From: a virus
Lineage: Duplodnaviria; Heunggongvirae; Uroviricota; Caudoviricetes
Virus record (IMG/VR): IMGVR_UViG_3300026549_002453
Reading direction: 5' to 3' (one strand)
Length of the DNA: 64,000 bases
A program made the translations under genes and the position numbers. The notes beneath the pieces are model-generated. The model was not told the DNA's origin. It did not search any database and saw nothing but the letters and a program-made list of their open reading frames with translations. Shown piece after piece: positions 9,700-19,721 of the stretch (its first letter is position 1; every line of letters begins with the position of its first letter).

Positions 9700-10674
9700 A
9701 TGAGAGAAACATTAGCTACAAAATATAGACCAACCACTTTTGAAGAGGTTGTGGGTCAAGAGACCATAGTAAAGATTCTTAAGCATCAAATAGATACAGG
9801 CACCTATAAGAATGCTTATATATTTATAGGTAGTCAAGGAGTAAGTAAAACAACTTTGGCTAGAATATTTTCTTCTTCTATAGGGGGTCATATTCTAGAG
9901 ATAGATGCTGCAAGTAATAATAGTGCTGACAGTACCAGAACATTGGTAGATAATATTAGAAATAACACTCTTATAGGAACCTCTAGAGTTATTGTAATAG
10001 ATGAGTGTCACGCTTTTTCTCCCCAGGCCTGGCAAGTCATGCTTAAAACTCTGGAGGAGCCCCCAACTAATGTGGTATTTATATTTTGTACTACAGATGC
10101 CCACAAAATACCTAAGACCATATATTCCCGATGTCAAACTTTTAATTTTCAAAGAATCAGGCCTGACCTAATTGTAGCTAGACTAAAATACATTTTGGAT
10201 AACGAGGGAGTACATACGTACACGGATGATGCCCTCCAATATATTGCAACCTTAAGTAATGGGGGTATGAGGGATGCAATTACATATTTAGATAAATGTT
10301 TATCTTTTTCTAACAATATAACAATGGATTCCGTTCAACAAGCATTAGGGAGGGTGCCCGAGCAGGCTTTTATCAACCTTACCTCTAGTTTGTTTGAAGG
10401 CAAGTCAGATAATGTTTTAGCATTACTTAATGACCTCTTTTATGAAGGACAAGATATGAAACAGTTTATTTCTGACTATACGGGGTATGTACTACACTTA
10501 AATGAGCTCATGGTTACAGAGGGGGAGGTGCCAATTAAAAATATTGATAAACAATTTTTAATTGAACTACTCTCAACCTTAGTGAAGTTGGGGTCAGATA
10601 TTAAATACGACCCTAATCCAAGATTCTATATTAGTTCTACCCTGTTATTATTTGGAGAAAAGTATGGTAATTGA
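9700..10674 (+). CDS. dnaX: clamp loader subunit gamma/tau-like
   Basis: LATKYRPTTFEEVVGQE, Walker A variant GSQGVSKTT, EIDAASN, VIDECH, LKTLEEPP, SRC, GGMRDA. Confidence 0.92.
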   Translation: MRETLATKYRPTTFEEVVGQETIVKILKHQIDTGTYKNAYIFIGSQGVSKTTLARIFSSSIGGHILEIDAASNNSADSTRTLVDNIRNNTLIGTSRVIVIDECHAFSPQAWQVMLKTLEEPPTNVVFIFCTTDAHKIPKTIYSRCQTFNFQRIRPDLIVARLKYILDNEGVHTYTDDALQYIATLSNGGMRDAITYLDKCLSFSNNITMDSVQQALGRVPEQAFINLTSSLFEGKSDNVLALLNDLFYEGQDMKQFISDYTGYVLHLNELMVTEGEVPIKNIDKQFLIELLSTLVKLGSDIKYDPNPRFYISSTLLLFGEKYGN

Positions 10675-11434
10675 CCTTATTGATAAAAGCATACAATCAC
10701 AAACCTTAGCTTCCAGTATTCTTATTTGTGGAAATAGCTCCATCAAGAAGAGGGAAATTATTTCTTATATTGCGAATAAGCTAAGCCGAGAGGTCCAATA
10801 TATAGATTGTAAAATGACATCTATAAGAAATTTATTAGATACCATACAAACTATTAGTACTGATATGATATATGTTTTAACTGAGATAGACGAAGCTCAG
10901 TTCAGGGTAAAATATAGTATCTTGAAAATTTTGGAAGAGCCTCCTGCAAACGTGATACTTATACTCACTTGTTCTAATCTTGAAGGACTGTATCCCCCAA
11001 TATTGAGTAGATGTCAAGTTTATTACCAGGACCCTATATCCAAGGAAGAATTAAAGTCATATACAGATAAAGACACAATTCTTGATGTTTGCGAGACTCC
11101 TGATGAAATACTAACTATGGAAACTTACAATATTCAAGAATTTTTGGATTATGTCCAATTGGTTATTGATAATATTACTAAAACTAGTATTTCTAATATA
11201 TTTAAAATAGGCCAAAAATTACAGATAAAAAAAGATGAAGAGGGTTATAATTTGGCATTATTTTTAAAAATCTTTAGCAGGGAACTAATGAAGCATCCCT
11301 CTAAAGATAACTTGCAAAAAGTACAAATTACCAGCAAATGGTTAGAAGTGTTATCTTACCCATCTGTAAATAGACAAATGGTATTAGATGGGTGGCTCTT
11401 AGAAATTAGTGAGCAGGAGAGTAAATGGAATTAA
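10664..11434 (+). CDS. holB: clamp loader subunit delta-prime-like
   Basis: ILKILEEPP and PILSRCQ motifs, degenerate Walker A; ATG 10664 follows GGAG. Confidence 0.75.
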   Translation: MVIDLIDKSIQSQTLASSILICGNSSIKKREIISYIANKLSREVQYIDCKMTSIRNLLDTIQTISTDMIYVLTEIDEAQFRVKYSILKILEEPPANVILILTCSNLEGLYPPILSRCQVYYQDPISKEELKSYTDKDTILDVCETPDEILTMETYNIQEFLDYVQLVIDNITKTSISNIFKIGQKLQIKKDEEGYNLALFLKIFSRELMKHPSKDNLQKVQITSKWLEVLSYPSVNRQMVLDGWLLEISEQESKWN

Positions 11435-12327
11435 AGGATTTAAAGCACCACCTACAATCAAATAAGGTTCGTCACTTATACATATTCAGTGGTGAAGAGT
11501 TGGGAATCAAAAATAAGTATATAGGTGAACTTATCTCTACATTAAAGGTGCCTGTAGTAAGGTCTTTTTCTTATCAAGAGGTTGCTTCTAAAATTTCAGC
11601 TATTTCTCTATTTGAAACCACCCCCACTTTATACATTATATATAACGACGACTTTATCATAAAAGAAAATATTAACATAGTTCCCTCTCGCAACTATGTT
11701 ATTTTAGTATTTAATGATATAGATAAAAGAAGTAAATATTATAAGAGTCACAGACAAGAAATTTTAGAGTTTAACAAGATTAGCACAGAGATTTTAACAC
11801 AAAAATTAAAGATAGATTATAAAATTACTATAGATAAAGCTCTAAGGTTAATTTCGTATTGTGATAATGATTATGCAAGAATCTTATCAGAAATAGATAA
11901 AATTCAAAGTATTAGTGAAGACATGAACTCTGGGTTTGACTACATAGAACCTACTATATATAAGCAACCTCAAGGAAATGCTTTTCAACTTGTGGATGCC
12001 ATATTAAAAAAAGAGTACACCTTGGTTTATACTCTATTAAAAGATTATGAAAAATTAGAGGAATCTAACATTGCATTATTAACAAATCTTTACAACACAA
12101 CTAAACAAGTATTACAGGTTCAAAATTGTAAGTCAAAAAATATTTCACAAATTACGGGAATTAATCCATACGTTATAAAGCATCTGACCGATAAACTTAA
12201 TATATGGAGTAATGCAGAACTATTATATATTATGAAAACAATTCAACAGGTAGACACTAATATAAAGAAAGGTGTCATAGACGAAGAAATATCAGTTAGA
12301 TATGCACTAAGTTTAATTTTTAGGTAA
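11425..12327 (+). CDS. holA: clamp loader subunit delta-like
   Basis: LYIFSGEE N-terminus, ILSEIDKI, FQLVDAIL, IQQVDTNIKKG; 300 aa; third gene of the loader cluster. Confidence 0.75.
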   Translation: MELKDLKHHLQSNKVRHLYIFSGEELGIKNKYIGELISTLKVPVVRSFSYQEVASKISAISLFETTPTLYIIYNDDFIIKENINIVPSRNYVILVFNDIDKRSKYYKSHRQEILEFNKISTEILTQKLKIDYKITIDKALRLISYCDNDYARILSEIDKIQSISEDMNSGFDYIEPTIYKQPQGNAFQLVDAILKKEYTLVYTLLKDYEKLEESNIALLTNLYNTTKQVLQVQNCKSKNISQITGINPYVIKHLTDKLNIWSNAELLYIMKTIQQVDTNIKKGVIDEEISVRYALSLIFR

Positions 12328-12340
12328 TGAGGAGGTCCAA

Positions 12341-14653
12341 ATGCCACTATTTGAAATTAATAATTCTAAATCTAAAGACAAAAGTATTATTGATAAACTA
12401 AATAAAAAGAAAGAGACTCCAATAAAAAAGTCTAATTTATTAATAGATAAAATTCACGACATAGAGGTTGCTGTAAATAATAATTTGGGTCATTTAAAGG
12501 ACCAGTATAGAATTATTACTTCAGAGGAAGAATTGAAAAACTATATACAAGCAGCAAACGAAAATAATATCCTATCAATAGATACTGAGACTACAGGCTT
12601 AAACCCACTTATAGATAGTATTGTGGGATTGTGTCTTTATACTCCAGGGGAAAAAGGAGCTTACGTTCCGATTAATCATATAGACTATATAACAGAAAAG
12701 AGAATTCCCAATCAATTAACTTCAGAACAAGTGCGCGATGTATTAAACATGGTAACCGCTGACATATATATGTTTAATGCTACGTTTGACATTAGAGTAC
12801 TGAGGCATCAAGTGGGTAGTTATTTAACCTGTTATTGGGATGCCTATATAGCTGCAAGATTGATGAATGAAAATGAGGAGAGTAATGGACTTAAAGCTCT
12901 TCACGAAAAGTACATTTTAAAAGGTGAAGACAAGGAGTTTTCATTTAGTGCTTTGTTTAAGGGTATTACTGCTGACAAAATTCCTGTTGATATCTTTTAC
13001 ATGTATGCTGCTCATGATGCTGTTATTACATACGAATTGTGTGAGTTTCAAAAAAAGTTTCTCAATCCTATGGGAAAGAACGGGATGAACGAGGTATACA
13101 ATGTATTTATGGATATAGAAATGCCTATTGTTGAAGTAGTATGTGATATGGAAGACCAAGGTTTTAGACTTGACTTTGATTATATTGCAAAGCTTACCCC
13201 CAAATATCACAAGTTAGCGGAAGAAAAGCTTTCTCAATGCTATGAAGAAATAAATAAATATGCCGATAAGATTGACGAGTACAATCAAAGACACGGCGAA
13301 AATAGTAAATTGAGCAATCCCATTAATTTAAGTTCACCCTCTCAATTGGCTATCCTATTTTATGACATTATGGGTCTTCCTCCTATTGACCCCAAGTCAC
13401 CTAGAGGAACAGGTGAAGCCATACTTAAAAAAATGGATATTCCACTCACCAAGTTACTATTGGAATATAGAGCTGCAATAAAACTAACATCCACGTATCT
13501 AGACAAAATGCCTGAAATAGCTCTTAGTGATGGCAAGGTACACTGCAGGTTTAACCAGGTTCATGCTCAAACTGGTAGATTTAGTTCTGACAGCCCCAAT
13601 CTTCAAAACATTCCTTCTAAGAATAAAGAGATTAGAAAAATGTTTATCGCGGACCCCGGTTATGTACTAATGAGCAGTGACTATAGTCAACAAGAGATAA
13701 AAGTTATGGCTGAAATGTGTAAAGATCCCTTTATGAAAAAAACTTTTGAAGAGGGTAAAGACTTTTACGCTCAAATAGCTTCCGCCTCTTTTAATAGGAA
13801 GTATGAGGATTGTTTAGAGCATTTTCCTAAGGGTTCACATATTAAGATGAATGAGGATGGTAAGTCTTGGAGATATGCTACTCGAGATGAAATAGAACAG
13901 GACCTATATGATAAACTTGCTGATGGAGATAAGGATACGTTTGATGAAGGTAAAAAATATAGGTCACAAGCTAAAGCTATTTTATTAGGAATTCTGTATG
14001 GTAAGGGAGAGAAAACTATCGCTGATGAATTAAAGTGCACTAAAGAAGAAGCCAGAGCTATTAAACAATCTGTGTTTGAAAATTTCCCAGCTATAAAACA
14101 ATTTGAATACGATAGTTTACAAATGGCTAGAACCAAGGGGTACGTAACTACTCTATGGGGAAGAAAAAGAAGGCTTCCTGACATAAATTTACCGCCTTAT
14201 GAATTTAAATCTAAGGATGGTTCCACACTGTCTCTATACAAAGTGGAAAAATACACAAAGTTACTGAAGAAATGCAAGTACAGAAATGAAGTGGATAAAG
14301 TTTCTAATGAGGCTATAAAAGAAGGAGTAGTTATAATTAATAATAGCTCTAAAATTGCCCAGGCAGAACGTCAAACTGTCAACGCCAGAATCCAAGGAAG
14401 TGCTGCAGATATGTCTAAAAAAGCACTAATAGCTATACATAGAAATCAACGACTAAAGGAGCTTGGGGCCAATATTATAGTACCCATTCACGATGAGATT
14501 ATTATACAATGTCCATTAGAAAATGCCAAAGAGGTGGAAAAAATCTTTGTTGAAATGATGGAAAATTGTGCTAAAGACAAATTCACTATGGATATTAAGT
14601 GTGATGTCACAGTCTCTAAAGAATGGTACGGTCCTGAAATAGAATTAACTTAG
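12341..14653 (+). CDS. polA: family A DNA polymerase with 3'-5' exonuclease and no 5'-3' exonuclease domain
   Basis: ExoI IDTETTG, ExoII FNATFD, ExoIII YAAHDA; TGRFSSDSPNLQNIP, motif A SDYSQQE, motif B RSQAKAILLGILYG, motif C PIHDE; no intein or intron. Confidence 0.95.
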   Translation: MPLFEINNSKSKDKSIIDKLNKKKETPIKKSNLLIDKIHDIEVAVNNNLGHLKDQYRIITSEEELKNYIQAANENNILSIDTETTGLNPLIDSIVGLCLYTPGEKGAYVPINHIDYITEKRIPNQLTSEQVRDVLNMVTADIYMFNATFDIRVLRHQVGSYLTCYWDAYIAARLMNENEESNGLKALHEKYILKGEDKEFSFSALFKGITADKIPVDIFYMYAAHDAVITYELCEFQKKFLNPMGKNGMNEVYNVFMDIEMPIVEVVCDMEDQGFRLDFDYIAKLTPKYHKLAEEKLSQCYEEINKYADKIDEYNQRHGENSKLSNPINLSSPSQLAILFYDIMGLPPIDPKSPRGTGEAILKKMDIPLTKLLLEYRAAIKLTSTYLDKMPEIALSDGKVHCRFNQVHAQTGRFSSDSPNLQNIPSKNKEIRKMFIADPGYVLMSSDYSQQEIKVMAEMCKDPFMKKTFEEGKDFYAQIASASFNRKYEDCLEHFPKGSHIKMNEDGKSWRYATRDEIEQDLYDKLADGDKDTFDEGKKYRSQAKAILLGILYGKGEKTIADELKCTKEEARAIKQSVFENFPAIKQFEYDSLQMARTKGYVTTLWGRKRRLPDINLPPYEFKSKDGSTLSLYKVEKYTKLLKKCKYRNEVDKVSNEAIKEGVVIINNSSKIAQAERQTVNARIQGSAADMSKKALIAIHRNQRLKELGANIIVPIHDEIIIQCPLENAKEVEKIFVEMMENCAKDKFTMDIKCDVTVSKEWYGPEIELT

Positions 14654-14671
14654 TGGGTCCATAAAATTTAT

Positions 14672-14700
14672 ATTACAGAAAAATGAAAATGTGATATAAT
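14672..14700 (+). promoter_or_regulatory. phage promoter (ATTACA-N17-TATAAT)
   Basis: Matches the consensus repeated across the window; extended -10 TG. Confidence 0.7.
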
Positions 14701-14735
14701 TATAATGTAAGATAATAAGAGGAGAAACTAAATCT

Positions 14736-15554
14736 ATGGATAAAACTCAATTATTGGATAGAATATCTAAAAAAGAAGTTCAAATTGAAAAAATTAACAA
14801 GAGAATTATCAAATGGAGTAAGGAACTTACGGAGGAACAAATTTCTTTTGTAGAGGAAAGTATAGACTCATTGTGGAGTGAATACAGGACCTCTATTCAA
14901 GAAAAATTTGGCAAGTATAACTCTAATATGGATGAACTGAGAAGAGCTCATCAAGATTTAGCCGAAGCAAAAGTGATTCTTAATAAATATAAGAATCAAT
15001 TGGAGTTAGTGGAGAGTAGAGAGGGTCAAGAAAAAATTCCTGTACTGGTTGAATTTTTTAAGAGATACAAAAAAGAAGTAACTAGATATATCGAGTTCAA
15101 TATGCCAACCTTAGTTGAGTATTATAGGATTAATAGTGAATATTGTGACTGGCATAATCACAGAAATTCTATTATGAGAGAAGAAAACTTAACTGAAGAT
15201 GAATGGAAGAAAAAGTTATACCAACTTAGAGAACGAGAGGACGAATTAAAATCTATGGTTCATCCAATTACATTTTCAGTTTATGATAGAAGAGCAGAAG
15301 ACAATATAGATAGAGAAAAATTAGATAAAATATTAGACAAAGATATAGAGGCTAAATATTATAATATGGTCGAAAGAGTTACTAAAATCACAGGAGAAAT
15401 TATAGATGCAGACCATATTGATATCGGCGGCGATGGAAATCTAAATGGTGTTATAAAGGGTACTGAAGGCACTGCTAAATTGGAAACAATAGGAGCGGGA
15501 GGATACAATATCCAGTGCTACCATTATAGACTATTGGTTCACCCCGTAAGATAG
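14736..15554 (+). CDS. hypothetical phage protein (coiled-coil N-terminus)
   Basis: 272-aa ORF with GAGGAG RBS; C-terminal TIGAGGYNIQCYHYR. Confidence 0.75.
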   Translation: MDKTQLLDRISKKEVQIEKINKRIIKWSKELTEEQISFVEESIDSLWSEYRTSIQEKFGKYNSNMDELRRAHQDLAEAKVILNKYKNQLELVESREGQEKIPVLVEFFKRYKKEVTRYIEFNMPTLVEYYRINSEYCDWHNHRNSIMREENLTEDEWKKKLYQLREREDELKSMVHPITFSVYDRRAEDNIDREKLDKILDKDIEAKYYNMVERVTKITGEIIDADHIDIGGDGNLNGVIKGTEGTAKLETIGAGGYNIQCYHYRLLVHPVR

Positions 15555-15555
15555 T

Positions 15556-15987
15556 ATGCAGTGGTTAGAATATAGATTATACGAAAAACAAGATATACAG
15601 GACACCTGGTCAGTTGAGCAATGGAGAGAACTATGGGCTCAACTTGTTAAAGTGCTGGAAGAAGGATTATCTACCATGACTCATGAAATAGTAAATGATT
15701 GTACTAATCCTAGACAAAGAGCTGTATACATTATGACTCTAGAAAAAAAAGAAGCTGCAGAACAAGAAATAAAGACCTGGGACCTGTCTAGAATGTCATA
15801 CAGAGTAAAGTTACTTATAAAAGCGCAAATTATGCAAAGAGTGAGATATAAGTATGCTTTAAAGACATTTAGCAATCTCCGAGAGTTGGAAGATATAAGC
15901 GCTCCATCTGAACCTTTTGACATAAGGTTAAATGACAATACTTACAAAAATTTAAAAGCTTACTATAACTTAAATATATATGTATAG
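15556..15987 (+). CDS. hypothetical protein
   Basis: 143-aa ORF abutting the upstream gene. Confidence 0.65.
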   Translation: MQWLEYRLYEKQDIQDTWSVEQWRELWAQLVKVLEEGLSTMTHEIVNDCTNPRQRAVYIMTLEKKEAAEQEIKTWDLSRMSYRVKLLIKAQIMQRVRYKYALKTFSNLRELEDISAPSEPFDIRLNDNTYKNLKAYYNLNIYV

Positions 15988-15996
15988 AGGAGAAAT

Positions 15997-16629
15997 ATGA
16001 ACAATACAAAATTAAATTTTGAGCAATTTATTAAAATATTACATGAACTGGATGAGGGAGTTAACCAAAGAGTGCTTATAAGGGCAATAGGTGGATTTTC
16101 AATTATCCTTAATTCGGCTGTAATGGATCTAGGCATAGATAGAATGAGTCAGGATATAGATTCTCTTACAAAGGTGTGGTCTAATAGGCGAGATGATTTA
16201 ACTCACTATGATGCTGATGAAATTAATAGATTAAACAGGCCCGTTGACGAAGTTATACGAGAAATAGGTGAAAAATATGGAATAAATGGAAAATACAGTT
16301 CTTGGTTAAACAATAGTTGGTATGATACTCAGATGTATTATGACGAATTAGAAGAATTTATAGAATGGAAAACCTATGTTGATGAACAGTTTAAACATAT
16401 AAAGTTGCAGTACGCTGATTTGGAAAGTGTATTTTTATTTAAGATGAGGGCTATCAATGATACTGTGAAGTATGATAGACCTAGAGATAATGATTTGTAT
16501 GATGTATTAAACATTATGAGGGTATTTGAGGAAAAAGACTTTTATGATATACGAAATGCTAAAATGGCAAATGCGATGGATATGTATCCCGATGCGATAA
16601 ATTGGCTAAAAAGGAATGCTGAAATGTGA
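15997..16629 (+). CDS. putative nucleotidyltransferase (pol-beta fold; DUF6036/AbiEii-like)
   Basis: AIGG followed by R-x-S-x-DID, the GG...DxD signature; C-terminal K...R..D..D. Confidence 0.6.
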   Translation: MNNTKLNFEQFIKILHELDEGVNQRVLIRAIGGFSIILNSAVMDLGIDRMSQDIDSLTKVWSNRRDDLTHYDADEINRLNRPVDEVIREIGEKYGINGKYSSWLNNSWYDTQMYYDELEEFIEWKTYVDEQFKHIKLQYADLESVFLFKMRAINDTVKYDRPRDNDLYDVLNIMRVFEEKDFYDIRNAKMANAMDMYPDAINWLKRNAEM

Positions 16630-16646
16630 ACGAAAGAAAGGAAACA

Positions 16647-16919
16647 ATGATGTACAGTGATATTTGTGTAAGATTGGTAGATAACAAAACAGAAAAAATG
16701 ATAAGAGCTTACCATACGACTAATCTGAGTGAAACTCTAAAAATGTATGAATTTATGATTGATAAAGAAAATCTCATGATAGATATTCCGTACCAAGATA
16801 GAGAAGATAACTACGAGGATGGATACGGTGGTTTAGAAGGTAGAGTGAGAGACGTACGAGTTAATTTTGGAGATGAAATTAATCTGCTTAGTATAAATGT
16901 GTATATAGATGTATATTAG
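16647..16919 (+). CDS. hypothetical protein
   Basis: ORF with AAAGGA RBS before ATG 16647. Confidence 0.6.
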   Translation: MMYSDICVRLVDNKTEKMIRAYHTTNLSETLKMYEFMIDKENLMIDIPYQDREDNYEDGYGGLEGRVRDVRVNFGDEINLLSINVYIDVY

Positions 16920-17155
16920 TATATAGCCTGCGAGTCTAAACTCCGAAAGTTGCACTTTCACAGGCACAACTTAAAGGGTTTGATGGAGAAGGACGCACTT
17001 ATATAAAATAATCTCAATTTTTTCAAAATTTTTGTTTACAGAATACCAATTTTTATGATGAAGTTTTAGACCCAACTTACAAATATTACAATGATTTTGA
17101 AAAAGGTATTAGTGTAGTGGCATTAAACTTTTCTCAGTTAATTTAGGTGTAAATT

Positions 17156-17608
17156 ATGATATATTTAATGAGTGGAATAATAGGAAGTGGAAAAAGTACA
17201 TATATAAAACATCATGCTGCTCCATTTGATGTAGTAATAAGTAGAGATAAGATTAGATATTCTCTTTTACAGGATGGGGAAGATTATTTTGCTCATGAGA
17301 AAGAAGTAATAAAGAAGTTCAAAGAATATATTAGACTTTCTGATGAAAATACTGAATGGGGTAATATCTGGATAGATGCTACTAACATAACAAAGAAAAC
17401 AAGAAGGAGATTACTTAATTATATTTCTCATAATGATGTCACTTGTGTATATTTTAAGCCTGATATAGAAAAAGCAATAGAACATAATAACAAAAGAACA
17501 GGCAGAGAAAAAGCACCTGAAAGAGAAATTATCAGACAAGCCACAATGTATGAAGAACCAAGTTTTGAAGAGGGATTTAAGTATATAGTTGAGGTAAGAA
17601 ATGAATAA
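17156..17608 (+). CDS. P-loop kinase, polynucleotide kinase-like (AAA_33)
   Basis: GIIGSGKST, SRDKIR, IDATN, and HNNKRTGR lid resemble the T4 Pnk kinase domain. Confidence 0.8.
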   Translation: MIYLMSGIIGSGKSTYIKHHAAPFDVVISRDKIRYSLLQDGEDYFAHEKEVIKKFKEYIRLSDENTEWGNIWIDATNITKKTRRRLLNYISHNDVTCVYFKPDIEKAIEHNNKRTGREKAPEREIIRQATMYEEPSFEEGFKYIVEVRNE

Positions 17609-17870
17609 TAAATTAAAAGGTAAAATTAATTTTGGACCAATAAGTCTAAAAGAAAGGCTATTCTTATATTGTAAAGCACAAAAAGTTGCAATTGAAGATA
17701 AGTATTGTAATGTATGTGAACACTATATGTATGATGAAACTCAAAGTATGGGTATGGATAGAGGAGCTTGTGATTTAGGTCTCCCTGTTACTGTATTGTT
17801 TGAAGAAAAATCACATACTTGTGAAGCTTGGGAATGGTACCCCATACATATAGAGGAGATTGTGATGTAG
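17601..17870 (+). CDS. small Cys-rich hypothetical protein
   Basis: CNVC...C...C; overlaps the upstream stop. Confidence 0.6.
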   Translation: MNNKLKGKINFGPISLKERLFLYCKAQKVAIEDKYCNVCEHYMYDETQSMGMDRGACDLGLPVTVLFEEKSHTCEAWEWYPIHIEEIVM

Positions 17871-17937
17871 GTCAATATCTTTCTCCCAAAGAGTTGAAGA
17901 GTTGGTACAAAAAATATAAGAATTCATAAAAATTTTA

Positions 17938-17966
17938 TTTGCATGAGAGCTATTCTATGATATAAT
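17938..17966 (+). promoter_or_regulatory. phage promoter (TTTGCA-N17-TATAAT)
   Basis: Consensus match preceded by AAAATTTTA tract. Confidence 0.7.
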
Positions 17967-18356
17967 AATATAAAGGAGAATGTCTATGCCAAAATTTACT
18001 GATTGCAGAAATTGTAAACATTTGCTATTTTCTTTTGTTGATGCAGAGGGGAAAAATGATTTCTTGTATTCAAGATATTAAAGAATACTACTGTGGAAAC
18101 GAAGAAAGTGAGAATTACAATTATCAAATAGAATTACATAATTGTTGTAAGGGGTTTGAAAGGTTTGAAAAATGAAAATCATAAATGCTGACGAGCTAAT
18201 AGTAGAGGTTGAAGAGCTCGAAGAGGATGGAAAAATAACAGAGGAAGTAGCCGAACTAATTATATATTTAGTTGAAAATACGCCTGAATGGACAGCAAGT
18301 AGAGAAAATGCATACTGGGGCATATATAGTTAATTATAAGAGCCGAGGGGAATTAC

Positions 18357-18806
18357 ATGAATAAAGTTAAGAAGTTATTTATAGTTGGTTTGTTAGTTTT
18401 TCTATTAACAGGATGCAGCTATGGTACTCTTGATACTATATATTCTGGTAGTACGGAGTTTACAGAATTTGACAATTGGCTGATGGAAGAAGTTGGTATT
18501 AAGGCTACTCCTGCTCATATAATAGTAAAAGATACAATAACTAACTATACAGACGAAACAGTTAGTTATACAGAATTGGAAAAGTTATTTAAGAACGATA
18601 AGATAAATGTAGAACTTTGGCAAGAAAAACTATCTAACGATAAGTATGTCAAAGATTACGATTTAATTATAGTTAAAACAACAGATTGTAGTGCTTGTGA
18701 ATATCAAGAAGAGCACTACGAAAAAACTATACTTGCAAACTATAAGAATAAAAACATACTGATATATTGGATTAAAACTGAAGATTGTTTAGGTGGTTGT
18801 GATTAA
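18357..18806 (+). CDS. lipoprotein with CxxC (thioredoxin-like?) motif
   Basis: Lipobox LLTGC; DCSAC. Confidence 0.55.
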   Translation: MNKVKKLFIVGLLVFLLTGCSYGTLDTIYSGSTEFTEFDNWLMEEVGIKATPAHIIVKDTITNYTDETVSYTELEKLFKNDKINVELWQEKLSNDKYVKDYDLIIVKTTDCSACEYQEEHYEKTILANYKNKNILIYWIKTEDCLGGCD

Positions 18807-18807
18807 T

Positions 18808-19362
18808 ATGATATATTTTACGTCAGACCTTCATTTTTCACATAATAAAGAGTTTTTATATGGTCCTCGTGGCTTTAGCTCTGAAGATGAGATGAATGAA
18901 GCAATAATTGAAAATTGGAATAATATAGTAACTCCCGAAGATGATGTATATATTCTTGGGGATTTAACGTTATCTAATAACGATGAAGGCTTAAAGTGTA
19001 TTAAACAACTAAAAGGAAAATTGCATATTATAAGAGGAAACCACGATAGTGACAATAGAATAGAACTATACAGAAATTGTTGGAATGTAGTTGAAATATC
19101 TGAGGGGAAGTTTTTTAGATATGGTAAATATCATTTCTATCTTTCGCATTATCCATGCCTCACTTCAAACTTAGATATGGATAAACCTCTTCATGTAAGA
19201 ATGATAAATCTTTGTGGACATACGCATACACAGGATAAATTCGCAGATTTTGATAAAGGACTTATCTATCACGTAGAATTAGATGCTCATGAGTGTAAGC
19301 CTGTAAATATAGAACAAATTATTGAAGATGTGAAAGAAGAGTGCGAAAGGAGAGTAATATGA
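18808..19362 (+). CDS. calcineurin-like metallophosphoesterase
   Basis: TSDLHF, LGDL, RGNHD, LSHYP, CGHTH. Confidence 0.9.
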   Translation: MIYFTSDLHFSHNKEFLYGPRGFSSEDEMNEAIIENWNNIVTPEDDVYILGDLTLSNNDEGLKCIKQLKGKLHIIRGNHDSDNRIELYRNCWNVVEISEGKFFRYGKYHFYLSHYPCLTSNLDMDKPLHVRMINLCGHTHTQDKFADFDKGLIYHVELDAHECKPVNIEQIIEDVKEECERRVI

Positions 19363-19707
19363 CTGAAATCACAAAATGTAGAACAAATAGTTGTCCTATG
19401 AGAGAAGAATGTTATAGATACACCGTAGAACCTAATTGGCCTTGGCAGTCTTATGCAGATTTTACGCAGGAATGTAGCGGAGTTGAAGGATTTCCATATT
19501 TCTGGGGAAATGGAGTAAAAAGTGATAAATCTGAGTAGATGGATACATATGTCTATAGCAGAATTAAATCAAGAATTGGAACAAATGCGAAAGATTGCTT
19601 CTCTTTTAGGCAAGGAAAATAGTTTTATCTGGCAATTTAGAATTGGTTACTTGGAAAATTATATCAAAGAAAGAGTTAAACAAAGAGAGGAATTAATTCC
19701 AAGATAA
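19359..19707 (+). other. two small hypothetical CDS (19359-19538, 19522-19707)
   Basis: Overlapping co-oriented ORFs; the first is Cys-rich. Confidence 0.55.
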
Positions 19708-19721
19708 GTGAGGAGAAATAG

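Noticed and set aside
9700-10674. Programmed -1 frameshift giving tau/gamma forms of DnaX
   Set aside because: No A AAA AAG-type slippery site with an alternative extension; the next frame is the separate HolB-like gene with its own RBS.
3958-14653. Inteins or introns in the helicase, clamp loader or polymerase
   Set aside because: Protein lengths and motif spacing are normal; no intein N- or C-terminal signatures seen.
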